A stretch of 46,863 nucleotides of DNA, filler included, from Dimargaris cristalligena (taxonomy: Eukaryota): the NCBI GenBank assembly GCA_003614675.1. It is 2 parts of 2 records of this genome, joined end to end, with 100 filler letters (N's around TTAATTAATTAA, not from the genome) between each part and the next. Parts side by side here need not be neighbours in the genome. Positions count along the whole stretch, not along the records: positions 1 to 23,424 come from ML002610.1; 1 more part is not named here. One strand, given 5' to 3'. Positions within the stretch are counted from its first letter, which is position 1, and every line of letters starts with the position of its first letter. The notes under the pieces are model-generated. The model did not search any database, was not told the DNA's origin, and worked only from the letters and a program-made list of their open reading frames with translations. The position numbers were made by a program, and so were the translations under genes. Below, piece after piece: positions 12,129 to 23,524 of the stretch.

Positions 12129-13937
12129 ATGCCCCCAGTGTCTACCACCACCACCACCCAGACCCGCCCTAACCAGGGCCAGTCGGGCTCTCCCGGTCTT
12201 CAGGTAGTCGACCCTACCTCCGGCTCGGCTGTCCCCCTCCCGGCATCCGCCGCCGGGAAAAAGGGCGAGCGTGCCGGCAACTTCATCGTGGTCCCCGGCA
12301 GGTAAGAAAAACAAACCCCATATGCGCAACCCCATTGGTGCGAACCCCCTGTCCACTAGGTGCTGAGAGACCGGTATTGTAAACCCCGCTGGTTTCGCCA
12401 TACTAAGCCATATCGCCATACTCACTGCACCCCTCTCGTCTCCAAGTCTAACCACCCTATTACACCATTTACCCCTGATGAAACCACTATACTTATACGT
12501 GTCTTTTTACAACTTAGTGACGACGCGCAATCCTTGACTGTGGTGGATAACCGAACCAACAAAATATACCAAATCAAGATCGAAAATGGCTCGGTGGCGG
12601 CCCTTGATTTCACCAAAATCAAGACCGCCGACGGCCCGGGTCTGCGGCTTTACGACCCTGGCTTCCAGAATACCGCCGTAGCCCAATCCCGCATCACCTT
12701 CATTGATGGGGACGCCGGTATCCTGCAGTACCGCGGTTACGACATTGAGGATCTGGCCGAAAAGTCCAATTTCATCGAAGTATCCTATCTGCTCATTTAC
12801 GGCGAGCTACCCAACAAGGCCCAGTACTCCCAATTCCATCATGAGATCATGCACCACACCTTTGTGCACTTGCAGCTCGCCGAATTGATGAAGAGTTTCA
12901 ACTACGACGCTCACCCAATGGGTATGTTCATTAGCGGCATGTCGGCTATGTCCACCTTCCACCCCGAGGCTAACCCCGCCCTGGTTAATAACGACATGTA
13001 CGTTGAAGACCCCCGGGTACGCAATAAGCAGATCTTCCGGCTACTGGGCAAATCCCCCACCTTAGCCGCCTACGCATATCGCCATCGCATCGGTCGCCCC
13101 TACAATCAGCCCCGTAACGACCTGTCCTACACCGCCAACTTCTTGTATATGATGGATCGCCTCTCTGAGGACGAGTATGAGCCCCACCCCGTTCTCGTGA
13201 AGGCCCTGGACATCCTCTTTATCCTCCACGCTGACCATGAGCTCAACTGTTCCACCGCGGCTATGCGTCATATTGGCTCAAGCCATGTGGATCCCTACAG
13301 CGCCGTGGCTGGTGCAAGTGCGGCTCTCTACGGCCCGCTACATGGCGGGGCTAACGAAGCCGTCCTTCGCATGCTCGAGGGCATCGGCAGTGTGGCCAAC
13401 GTAATTCCCTTCTTGGAACAAGTCAAGAACCGCGAGAAGAAACTCATGGGGTTCGGGCACCGGGTCTACAAGAACTACGACCCTCGGGCCCGTATCATTC
13501 GCCGCGTGGCCTACGAGGTATTTGAAGTGTGTGGCCGCGAGCCCCTAATCGAAGTGGCCATTGCTCTAGAGAAGGCCGCCCTCGCGGACGATTTCTTCGT
13601 CCAGCGTAAACTATACCCTAACGTCGATTTCTACTCCGGATTAATCTACAAGGCCATGGGCTTTCCGACGGACTTTTTCCCCGTGCTATTCGCTATCCCT
13701 CGTGTTGCCGGTTGGCTGGCCCACTGGAAGGAGGCTTGCGAAGACCCCAAGGGTAAGATCTGGCGGCCCCGACAGATTTACCTCGGTGAGGGTAAGCGGT
13801 CCTACGTGCCTCTCGACCATCGTTCGGAGGGTCGCAACGCCGCAGATGACATGGAAGTTCTACAGACCGTGCAGTCCCGCCAGATCTCTAAACGCAGCAA
13901 AGTGGCTACCCATAAGAACTTCCGTTCTTCGCTTTAA
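12129..13937 (+). CDS. Citrate synthase, bacterial/plant-peroxisomal (CSY/CshA-like) type, probable PTS1 (-SSL), 2 exons
   Basis: Exon 1 12129-12301 (MPPVSTTT...VVPG, ag|gtaaga), exon 2 12518-13937 (tag|..SDDAQSLTVVDNRTNK). YDPGFQNTA, ITFIDGDAGILQYRGY, LHADHELNCST, catalytic GPLHGGAN, MGFGHRVY, YPNVDFYSG, WRPRQIY; ends KNFRSSL*. The first ~52 codons of the supplied 12360 ORF are intron. Confidence 0.93.
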
Positions 13938-14028
13938 GTAGGGTTACGCTTGGTTGGGGCTTATTAGGATTCACCACTCCCTCTTGTTCATTTACCTATT
14001 TTCAAGGGTCGTATGCTATACCATTACC

Positions 14029-14175
14029 ATATGGGAGAAGTTCATTTGGGCTGTATAATGAAAAATCCATTGGATGAGGCCAATATTACTGGTTAAGGAC
14101 TATTCTCCCACATACTATTCACCCATACATGTATTTTGTAAAACCCTATACAGCTGGTTCGAATTTCATCCATAT
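14029..14175 (+). mobile_element. MITE-like element, copy A
   Basis: Begins ATATGGGAGAAGTTCATTTGGGCTGTATAA, ends CTATACAGCTGGTTCGAATTTCATCCATAT (imperfect inverted ends). Interior aligns with the reverse complements of 34839-34982 and 40053-40196. Confidence 0.75.
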
Positions 14176-15137
14176 TCTCTGAGGAGACACCCAATGCTCT
14201 GACCGCTTAACCATAGGGGTGACCCCCCCCCGCCTCTGGAGCATTTATTTAAATTACAATGTAAACATTTAATTCTTGGGCAACCTGTCGGCTATGCAGT
14301 AGGAATTATTCTTTCTGTGTTTCTCAAATATATAGTCTATCCACCTATGGTGGTGATTACGACTTCCGATACCACTTCTGCGAAGAGCTCGCCCATTATG
14401 TCACATAACAATAAAGGCATTATTTAATTCAAATAGAATGGGCTTTTTGGGCCAACGATCACAAACTGGGCTGAATAGATGTCAACCTATATTGCATAAA
14501 ATGATCCTTAAATAAACAGGCAATATACAAAGAGAACAGGGTTTATTGTACTATTCGTATTCCCTATGAAACCACCCTCGCATCAAGCAGAGAAGTAATA
14601 ATGGGCAAGGTAGAGAGAACCATTCACCTGTCCCGGAATAAAAGATTGCGTGATAAATCAAGACCTTATTACTGAATACTAAAATACCACTAAATTATAC
14701 AAGAAGGAATTTCTACCGAAAATTAATGTGAAAGTGGAAACATTTATACCTCAAGGCTGTTATCGCAGCCAGCCTTATTGACATGCCGTGTAACTAAACT
14801 ACCTTTGGATAAAGTCGTATATAAGGAAGATTAGACGAATACTGTGGTGGCCAGAAAATAACCAATAAACGGATAGTAAGTGATGCACCAATAATATTTG
14901 GTTTACTGGTGATTATCGTCAAGCAATGTGTGTATCTCCGCCTCTCGACAGGCGGAGTAAGCTTTCAAAAAAAAAACCCCCGGTAAGTGGGTACTTACAC
15001 CAATTTGAGTAATAGGCTATCCGGAAGAAAGGTCATTCGTAATTCCGACTTGGGCATCAGTCCATGATAGTTAGATTTCTTGGTTTGTTGTAATTTTGGT
15101 TTGCAGAAGTGGCGGAAAGGGAGGGCAATTTTCCCCT

Positions 15138-17562
15138 TTACGAATCATCCGAGGGCAATTCGACCAATGTCTGCGAAAGGTTGATCTGGGGGGAGTCATC
15201 GAGGGCTGCGATATTGAAATCGTCCATACTGAGGGGTCGCACATGGATCGGGGTCGACCGCTATTGTATAAATAAAGTGTAATTACGAGGAGATGAGGGA
15301 GTCATATTTAAGAAATAATAGAGGAACACCCAATTAGATTAATGAACGAAGGTAAGCATATCACCACCCAAATGGCTCTGGACTTCACCAGCTCCCGGGT
15401 ATTACAGTACCTTTTTTTAAATAAAAAAAATACCCCCCCCCCTTCCCAATATTTAGGGCGCTTGACACTTTCATCTCAACAGCATGTTTTCCAGGCATAA
15501 ACTAGATACGCTTATCCGGATGAATTATTTACAAGGTTAGCAGCATACATAAATATCCCTCCCCACACACACACACAGACACACACACAAACTTACATCA
15601 AATTTCATGGTTTTAATATCCCCCCCGTGGAGCGACAGCGTCCGCATATGTTCCCGGACCGGAATCATGGCCGCGTGTCGACACAGTTCCTTGAGGTCAC
15701 TCCCGGAGTACCCCTCAGTCCGCCGCACCAACTCGTTCCAGTCAAAATCTTTTGACAGGTCCACCTTCTTCAGGATGAGTTTTAGAATCGCCTGCCGTTG
15801 GCTGGCGTCCGGCGGGGATACCAGAAACCGTTTGGGCATCCGCCGCACAATGGCTGGATCAATGTCGAACAGCCGGTTGGTGGCCCCCACAATGATCACG
15901 CGGGAGGCCTCCGAGGTGGTTAGACCGTCCCACAGGGTCATAAACTCGGCCTTCATCATACTGGTCACTTCGTGGTCCGAACTCTTGCGGTCACGGAGGA
16001 AGGAATCGATTTCGTCAATGAAAATGAGACAGGGTTGGAGCTTGTTGGCCAGCGAGAAGACAGCGTTCACTAGGCGGTTGGATTCGCCGAACCACTTGTC
16101 TAAGAGAGTTGACATGTGGAGGTTAATGAAAGTAGCCCCGGATTCTTTGGCGAGGGCCTTTGCCAACATGGTTTTACCGCAGCCTACATATAATATACAT
16201 ATAGTATAAGGGTAGCAGATGGATGGGCAATATTAATCGCTGGGTGGGTGAAACACATAAATAGGTAATGCGGTCTGAACCTGAACCAAGTCTATAGAGG
16301 GTAATGGAGCAAGACATTGCATTACATCAAGAATATATACAGGGGTGTCCTGTACCAATTGGCTCGAGGATGCAGGAACTTACCAGGAGGTCCGTGGAGA
16401 AGGATGCCCTTGGGGGAGCCAAGGAGGCCCGAAGCGCTGGTAAACAGTTCCGGGTAGTTAAGGGGATAGATGACGGACTCCTTCAACTCATCGATAATGG
16501 GATCCAGACCTGGTTACGATACGTCGAGACAGAATTGGCATGCAGCGGTTAATATAGTAGCCGAAGTGAAGTGGCCTTATGCACAGGATACAACTAGCTG
16601 TACGGTAGTATATACTAAAGGTAGGTTATTAATCAACTAGTTAACTTACCTCCAATTTCTATTTGAGGTTAGACGATGCGATGCGGACAGGCGTTGATTT
16701 GGAGGCAAAGGTTTGGGTATGTGGGTTAATGAGTGTGTGGTATATATATGAATGGTCTATTGGTTTTTGGATTTAGTGACTGCCGGATAAGCCGGGAACC
16801 CTCAAAATATGCGAGTTCAAAAACAATACTATATCGGCAGTGCTATTGGGCTGACTGGCTAATATAATGATTCCCAAACTTACGCTTAAAGGTGACATCG
16901 ATGTCATCCGAATGGATTACTTCGGTAAGAATGATTTGCTCATATTCGGTTAGAGGCATAGTGTCAATCTATTGAACGGGTACCGGATGTATGGCTATGG
17001 AGTATAGTTAGTATCTATAGGTATCATATGAATTGCAGTAGCACTCTATTACCTGTACAAATATGTATCCTTTGGTTTGGCTATTGGAACTCAGTTACAA
17101 TAAGTATTGTCCCAACTACAGCCAGCCCTGCTTACCCCCAACTTTTCCAGGATGGTGCTGCTTTGTTTCTGCGCGGCCTTGCGCTTGGTGCGCGCCGGGT
17201 CCATGGACGACAGGACATATTTGAGACCAAAGTAGAAAATGACCTGCGAAATCACCACCAAGGCGACTATAATTTGACAGGGTAGTTCCGCATGCGGTAA
17301 GAACAGAGTGCGTATATAAAATATGTGAATGTCGGGTTAGGCCTATTCTACATGTATATGTTAGTAGTGTGGTAAATGGATGTACAGGGAATGGGGGATC
17401 GGGAGTAGTTTCCAAGGCCACATGGTTCAACGATTTCAACGAAGGAAGGGACCGGTCGCCTTTACATGAACCAGCTCCGTATAGTTCATCCGGCACAGCT
17501 CCGAACGGGTACCAACTGACTAGATTACCTTCGGCCACTTGTTTTCCGGTGGGACCTTTCAT
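15138..17562 (-). CDS. MSP1: Msp1/ATAD1 membrane-anchored AAA+ ATPase, 7 exons
   Basis: Exons 17529-17562, 17136-17266, 16884-16968, 16650-16658 (9 nt), 16384-16509, 15597-16183, 15138-15260. N-terminal TM ([15 protein letters not shown]) then [104 protein letters not shown]. Confidence 0.95.
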
Positions 17563-20188
17563 GGTGGAGTTAATGAAGCTGTTACAGCGATTCGAGTCGA
17601 TGAGGGGGTGCTGTTGAACGTATATGGGCTTATCCGCGACTTTAGGAATCGTTTATCCAAGCGAGTAAAAGAGTAGGGATGGAGGGTTGGGACGATGGGT
17701 AATTACGGCCAGAATAGGTTGCAGCTGAATATAAATGTAGAGATGTCTATCTATCTAAGGAACGGTAAACAATGAAGGGAATCGATAAGATGGACAGAGA
17801 GGGCACGGATATGTGAAATGAGGTCGCGTAATGGGGGGCTACACGGGGAGAGTAGACAATCCACAGATAGGATGGATTCGCTTTGGGCGCTGCTCCTACT
17901 TTCTCCGAAGCGCTCATTTGGCTGTACCGTCGTGCATCACTGGTTCCGCACCCTTTGCTCAAGAGTCACAGGCCTACTGCCATTTTACCCACCATCCGCC
18001 CCCCCCCCTTTTTTTCACCCACAGCCCCACATCTTATTTGATACGTTGTAATAAATACCTCTCTCCCTAGCAGTAATTTGGTATGTACTAACCAAGGGAT
18101 AGGGGCCAACTGCTTTAGATAATTCAGTCACGTGATATAGGCTGCTGGGTACTTCATCTACCCCAGTCACATTCTCGGATGGCATACTTATTGTTCTGTC
18201 CTACCTTCAAAATTCTTACTTTCGGCCAGGCATTGCATCTAATACATGTTAAGTCATTGAAAGAACGATGTGCGCTAATAGCATCCCTCTTTCCGCCTCC
18301 TATTTTACACTCCGCCACAAATGTTTCACATACATTTAATCATATATATATATATACATATATATATAACTCTATTGGATCCACCAAGTCGGATCACCAA
18401 AATTGTTGGTTCAGTACGTGAATCTCCTCACGGAAACGAGTGGTCTATAAATATAAAACATATACAATTTTTTTAAAAATAAAAAAAGAGGAGGAGGCTG
18501 TGAAAGTCGGCAAATGAAATTCAGCGGCATGATGTCACAGGATCATGTAAAATCAAGTGAATAAAGACTAAATTGGAGTCAAGGAGGGATCAATTATTTC
18601 CAGCCTGCCGTCTTGGCTACCCGCGTAAAAGTATTGGGCGGTTCCATTACCCTTCAGCCCGGCGGGCCTGGTGGCAGTGTTGATCCTTTTGGAAATGTAA
18701 ATTTACATGAGAACACATGGCATCCCCAGATTGGATTATCAAACTCCGACTCTTCCTCCTTCGGATTTTTTCTCTCTTCCGCTCCCGCATCAAAACCCAA
18801 TCGGTTAACCTCCGCCCTGGCTTCATAAAACGGGGTATATATAAATCACTTAAAGTAACATTTGTATTATCCTACGAATATACCCTTGCAGTCTGGTTCC
18901 TAATTGGCAAAATAGATAATCAAATGATTTCCATACGGACCTTCCCCTCTTCTCCCCTCTCTGTGATAGTAAGCCTTCTATAGGATTACTGTGGAGCATC
19001 CTGGATCAGCGCCATGGTCAATCCCCGACATTATAATTAAAGACACGGACTAATTAAATCCACTAAAATGACTATAGCTACTGGGGTGGTTCATATCCCG
19101 CCTAAAGTATACCATTCCCCCCTTCTAAAACAACCAACCTGCAGGCCAGCGATCAATCGAATCGCCAATGTTGGTGTATTTCCTATTTACTAAAACTAAA
19201 ATGATATACAACCAAATGCTTTAAACATGAAAGCGAAAATACTAAACAAATGAAAGTGGGGGAGAAGAAGGGGTAGACTAATATACAGTGCAAATGTCAC
19301 TGAGGGGAGTACAAAGATTACGGAATCACCTAAACCATTCAACCATTTATTTTTTTCCAGGAGTCGATAGAGCAAAATAAACGTCGCCATGGACATTAGG
19401 TGAGGAGGGGGGAGAGTATATAAGTGGATATAATGGAAAGAGCTGAGTGAATGAAGACGGTGAAGATTACTACATCACCCATTAAATAGCTGAATAAGAT
19501 GGAGTCAACGCCAAGGGACATATTATGAACGAAAATATAAAAACTACGAAAGTATGGTGCTAAATGATCGTAATAAAAAAAATGAATGGTGAATGACAAT
19601 GAGCATCATAAGGCACAAGGGAGGGGGGTGGCGCAAACTGGACGTGGAAGTGAACGATATGGCTAAGGTGGTGAAAAGCAATGTAACTAATACTACTTCC
19701 ATCATTCACCAGGGCTGGCGGGGGAGAGCAGTAATGGAGATTAGGGAAAGTGTGGTGAGATGAGTGTGCCGTAGGAAATGGAGACCGAAATAGAGAAATA
19801 TAGGGCGACCAAGGGGCAGGGGATGTCGAGGTAAAAGGAGAGTGAATGATCACGTTATACCCTTCTCTTCGCATTAACCAACATAACCATAATCGAGACA
19901 AGCAAGTACGGGGAAATGAACAATGTGTGTATGTGTGGGTGTGGGTGTATGTATGGGAAATAAAACATTAATATTAATATTAAAGGCAACCAAAATGAAA
20001 ATAGGCTATGACCACGTCCGATACGGGTGAGATAATTCAGAAAAAAATTATTAACCATGGAATTAAAAATATACGGAAAATATAGTGGATTTAATGTTCA
20101 CATTAGCCCATTAATCACAACACAAACACACACACACAAATTAGTTCAGCCACAATCATTATAATTGGTAGAAAACAGTCCCGCAGGC

Positions 20189-21323
20189 TTAGATGGTCTC
20201 AAAGTTCTGCTGCAACTGCTGGAGACGCCGCTTACGACGGTGGCGAACATAGAGGGCAAAGGCGACAATGTAAGCCAAGGCACCGAGGGACACACCCAAG
20301 CCGATGCCCAAATTCTTGTTTGTTCCTGGGTTGCTCGGGGAGGCCGGTTCAATCGGGGAGGTCGGGTCATTTTGGGTATTCAAATCAACGTAAGTTTCGA
20401 ATACCAACGAACGGTGGTCCATGTTCTTATTGATATCGCCAGACCGGTAGAAACTGCTCGCCGAGTCTGTGAATAAATTAACGAACCGATTGAGAACCGT
20501 TTTAAAATCCGCATCATCGCGGGACTTACCCGCGAAGGGGGCAATAGCCATCTGGAACACCACCTGGTAGTCCTCGGAACGGGTGAAGGCCGACGTGGGG
20601 TATAGGTTAAGAACCACCACCCGGGTACTGTCCGCCAGCTGAATACCCTCGCAGAACTGGGCGGGGTAGTCACGGATGAGTTGGTAGGCAATGTCGTTGT
20701 TTTGCAGCAGGTTGCGGAATTGCACGTTCTGGAGAGTAATCCGGAAATGGACGCTGTTGGGCAGATCTTGGTTACCTTTAATGACTTGGGGCACATTGGA
20801 GGGTAAGGGGGCCACCGAGGTGGTAGTACTGGCGAAGAGGACACTGGATATAATGGTGGTGGGCAGGAATGTAGTGTTTTCATCGGATGTGTTGGTCGCA
20901 GTGTTGGTGGGGGCCGAGGCAGTAGCAGTGTCCGAATGCGTCGCGTTAGACTCGGTAGCCTGGCTATCAGAAGCAGAATCAGTAATACCAGTTTCGCTTG
21001 CTTGGCTATTAGTTCCAGTTTCGGTAGCCTGGCTATCAGAGGCAGAAATAGTAATTCCGGACTCGGTCGCCTGACTATTCGAAGCAGAATCGGTTGCTTG
21101 GCTGTCGGTGCCGGTCAGAGAAATATCAGTTTCGCTTGCTTGGCTATTAGTCCCAGTCTCGCTAGCTTGACTATCAGTTCCAGTCTGGGAGATGCCAGTC
21201 TCGCTGACCTGGCTGTCGGTACCAGTTTGGGAGATGCCAGTTTCGCTAGCAAGACTATCAGTGCCAGTCTGAGAGATTCCAGTTTCGCTGGCCAGGCTAT
21301 CGGTACCAGTTTGGGGATGCCAA
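20189..21323 (-). CDS. C-terminal half of an Msb2/Hkr1-like signalling mucin (S/T repeats, HMH-like domain, TM, short tail); lacks its own signal peptide
   Basis: 14-aa ETGISQTGTDS(L/Q)AS repeats, then LPSNVPQVIKG..LPNSVHFRITL..IAYQLIRDYP..GIQL..VVVLNLYP (resembles the Hkr1/Msb2 homology domain), TM GIGLGVSLGALAYIVAFALYV, basic stop-transfer RHRRKRR. The repeat breaks abruptly at ~21313-21325. Confidence 0.75.
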
Positions 21324-22370
21324 TTTTTTAGTGGAGAGGAGCCATAACAGAGCATCGACGACGACGAGGAGGAGGAGGAGGGAGGGGATGATGATTGACC
21401 TGGGGGATATGGGAATCGTTTCCCACTTCTCAGTGCTTATCCGAGTGTGCGCGCAGAACCAAACTTCTCCACCGCATAGTGTATCGGGTAAAAACGAGAG
21501 GAGGGGGCGAAAGACGGAATCAATGTCACCTTGACGAGCACAAAGACGACGGAAGTCCATATTTTAAAATTAGGTGAATTAGTGAGTTAGTTGGTATGTA
21601 TGAATAATATACATGTCAAAGGGACATGGACTCGAAAGGGAAACATTATACATGATTACTATTCCTGTAGCGTTGAGCGGAAGATCCGTTAGGCGACGAT
21701 GATAGGACAAGCCCATTGAGGGCAAGTCGACGGCGATCCTTACGGCGGTCGCGCCAATCGCAACGAACGGGGACTGACCTTGTAATGGGGGAATTGGAAA
21801 GTCATAAAAAGCAGAGCTGCTACTGACCACCCCAGCTTCTGTTTGGCCTACAAGATAATATCCCCGTTGTGCTTGCATTCATTTACCCGTTCTGCCCGGC
21901 CACACACGCATACACACACACACTCTCTCTCTCTCTTTCTTTATCTCCGCTTCCTTATTCTTTCCTACTCTTATTCCTTTTCCTTTACTTCCCAGTTCTT
22001 TAGTTATTTTCTAGTCTTGACTAGCTTAGCTCATCTCTTGGCCCCTTTTATGTCTATTCCTCTATTCACTTCTTGCTAGTCTAGTCTTTTATAGTCTGGC
22101 CTGGTCTATTCGATACCTCGTCGTTCCTACCCAGTCTAGCTATTCCCTCCCCCGCCCGCGCTCGGCCTTTGACAGTGTATCCGAGTGGGGTGTTTTCTCA
22201 AGCCTTATTTGCTTCCTTCTAATGACTCAGTTCCTCGGGCCTTTTATTCGTATACTCCACCACTCTATTCCCTTGTGAGCGGTGCGCCCTGCCGCGCCTG
22301 TGCAGCCTACACCACCAACTATTCCTTACTCTCTACTATTTCCCATATACACACATAGCCAGCCATATAT

Positions 22371-23424
22371 ATGCGCTCTTTTCGCCTGCTGTTAAGCGTG
22401 GGCCTATTATGCATAGGCCCGGCCGTCGAGGCGGGTCGTCTGGTCCGCCGGGTGGTGCCCTCTGAGGACGTCCTCCCTCCGGCCGTCACTACCGTCGAGG
22501 GGGTTGTAGTCACTCTAAGTCCACCGCCGCCCCAGCCCACCGACCTGACCGTCCCAAGTCCCACTGCCCCCCCCGTCGTCAGCCCGCCATCGCTAACCCA
22601 AGACCCACTTCCCACTATGGCTCCGGTGGTTTCCGACTCAGTTACCCTTCCCCCTCCTTCGGATTCACAATCGATTGCATTGCCGACCCTGGTCCCGTCT
22701 ATCACGTCCGATCTTATCCCTTCGGTACAACCTACTTCCGAGCCTGCCCCCTCGGACCCCGCCCCTTCAGGCCTTGTTACCTCAGACCCTGTCCCCACGG
22801 GGCTACCAACTTTGAGTCAGACCCCGCCGCCTGGCCTTACCACCTCTGAGGTCGAGCCTAGTGCATCCGCATCCGTCTCCTCTAACGTTGAGCCCAGTGT
22901 CTCTGCTTCTGCCACTTCCGATGTATTGCCTACTCTCTCTGCTTCCGCTACCTCTGACGTCGAACCTAGCGCCTCTGCTTCTGCCACTTCCGACGTATTG
23001 CCTACTCTCTCTGCTTCCGCTACCTCTGACGTCGAACCTAGCGCCTCTGCTTCTGCCACTTCCGACACCGAACCCAGTGCTTCTGTCACCTCCGACGTAT
23101 TGCCCACTCTCTCTACTTCCGTCACCTCTGATGTTGTGCCCAGTGCCTCCGAGTCTAATTCCGCCACCTCCAACATATTACCCACTGCCTCTGTTTCCTC
23201 GGACGTCGAACCCAGTGCCTCCGCATCCATTTCTTCCAACGTTGAGCCCAGCGCCTCTGCTACCGAGTCGGTCTCCGCTTCCAATAGCCAGGCTACAGAC
23301 TCCGGTATCTCCCAGACCGGTACGGAAAGTCAGGCAAGCGAAACTGGTGTCTCCCAGACTGGCACCGACAGTCTGGCCAGCGAAACTGGCATCTCTCAGA
23401 CTGGTACCGACAGCCAGGTCAGCG
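22371..23424 (+). CDS. N-terminal half of the same mucin (signal peptide, P/S/T-rich region, repeats), truncated at contig end
   Basis: MRSFRLLLSVGLLCIGPAVEA signal-peptide-like start; 12-aa SD(V)(E/L)P(S/T)(A/L)SASAT repeats; ends in the same 14-aa QTGTDSLASETGIS repeat that starts the minus-strand half. Confidence 0.8.
22918..23061 (+). repeat. Near-perfect 72-bp coding tandem duplication (SDVLPTLSASATSDVEPSASASAT x2)
   Basis: Directly visible in DNA and protein. Confidence 0.9.
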
Positions 23425-23524
23425 NNNNNNNNNNNNNNNNNNNNNNNNNNNNNNNNNNNNNNNNNNNNTTAATTAATTAANNNNNNNNNNNNNNNNNNNN
23501 NNNNNNNNNNNNNNNNNNNNNNNN
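23425..23524. other. Artificial contig-joining linker (44 N + TTAATTAATTAA + 44 N)
   Basis: Symmetric 100-bp spacer containing a palindromic all-frame stop sequence; not biological. Confidence 0.95.

Noticed and set aside
17064..17072. GTATCCTTT U12-type donor-like motif
   Set aside because: It is on the strand opposite MSP1, inside a normal GT-AG intron.
7961..17562. TRR1, citrate synthase and MSP1 as an organelle gene cluster
   Set aside because: No shared pathway or regulatory motif seen; chance adjacency is sufficient.
18613..18983. Short ORFs between MSP1 and the mucin 3' end
   Set aside because: No homology cue or consistent splice structure.
20960..21320. Regular 42-bp repeats as a CRISPR-like array
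   Set aside because: In-frame coding repeats with synonymous variation and no unique spacers; eukaryotic context.
21314..21355. MLCYGSSPLKNWHP as the true N-terminus of the minus-strand mucin
   Set aside because: No signal peptide; it derives from sequence across the inversion junction.
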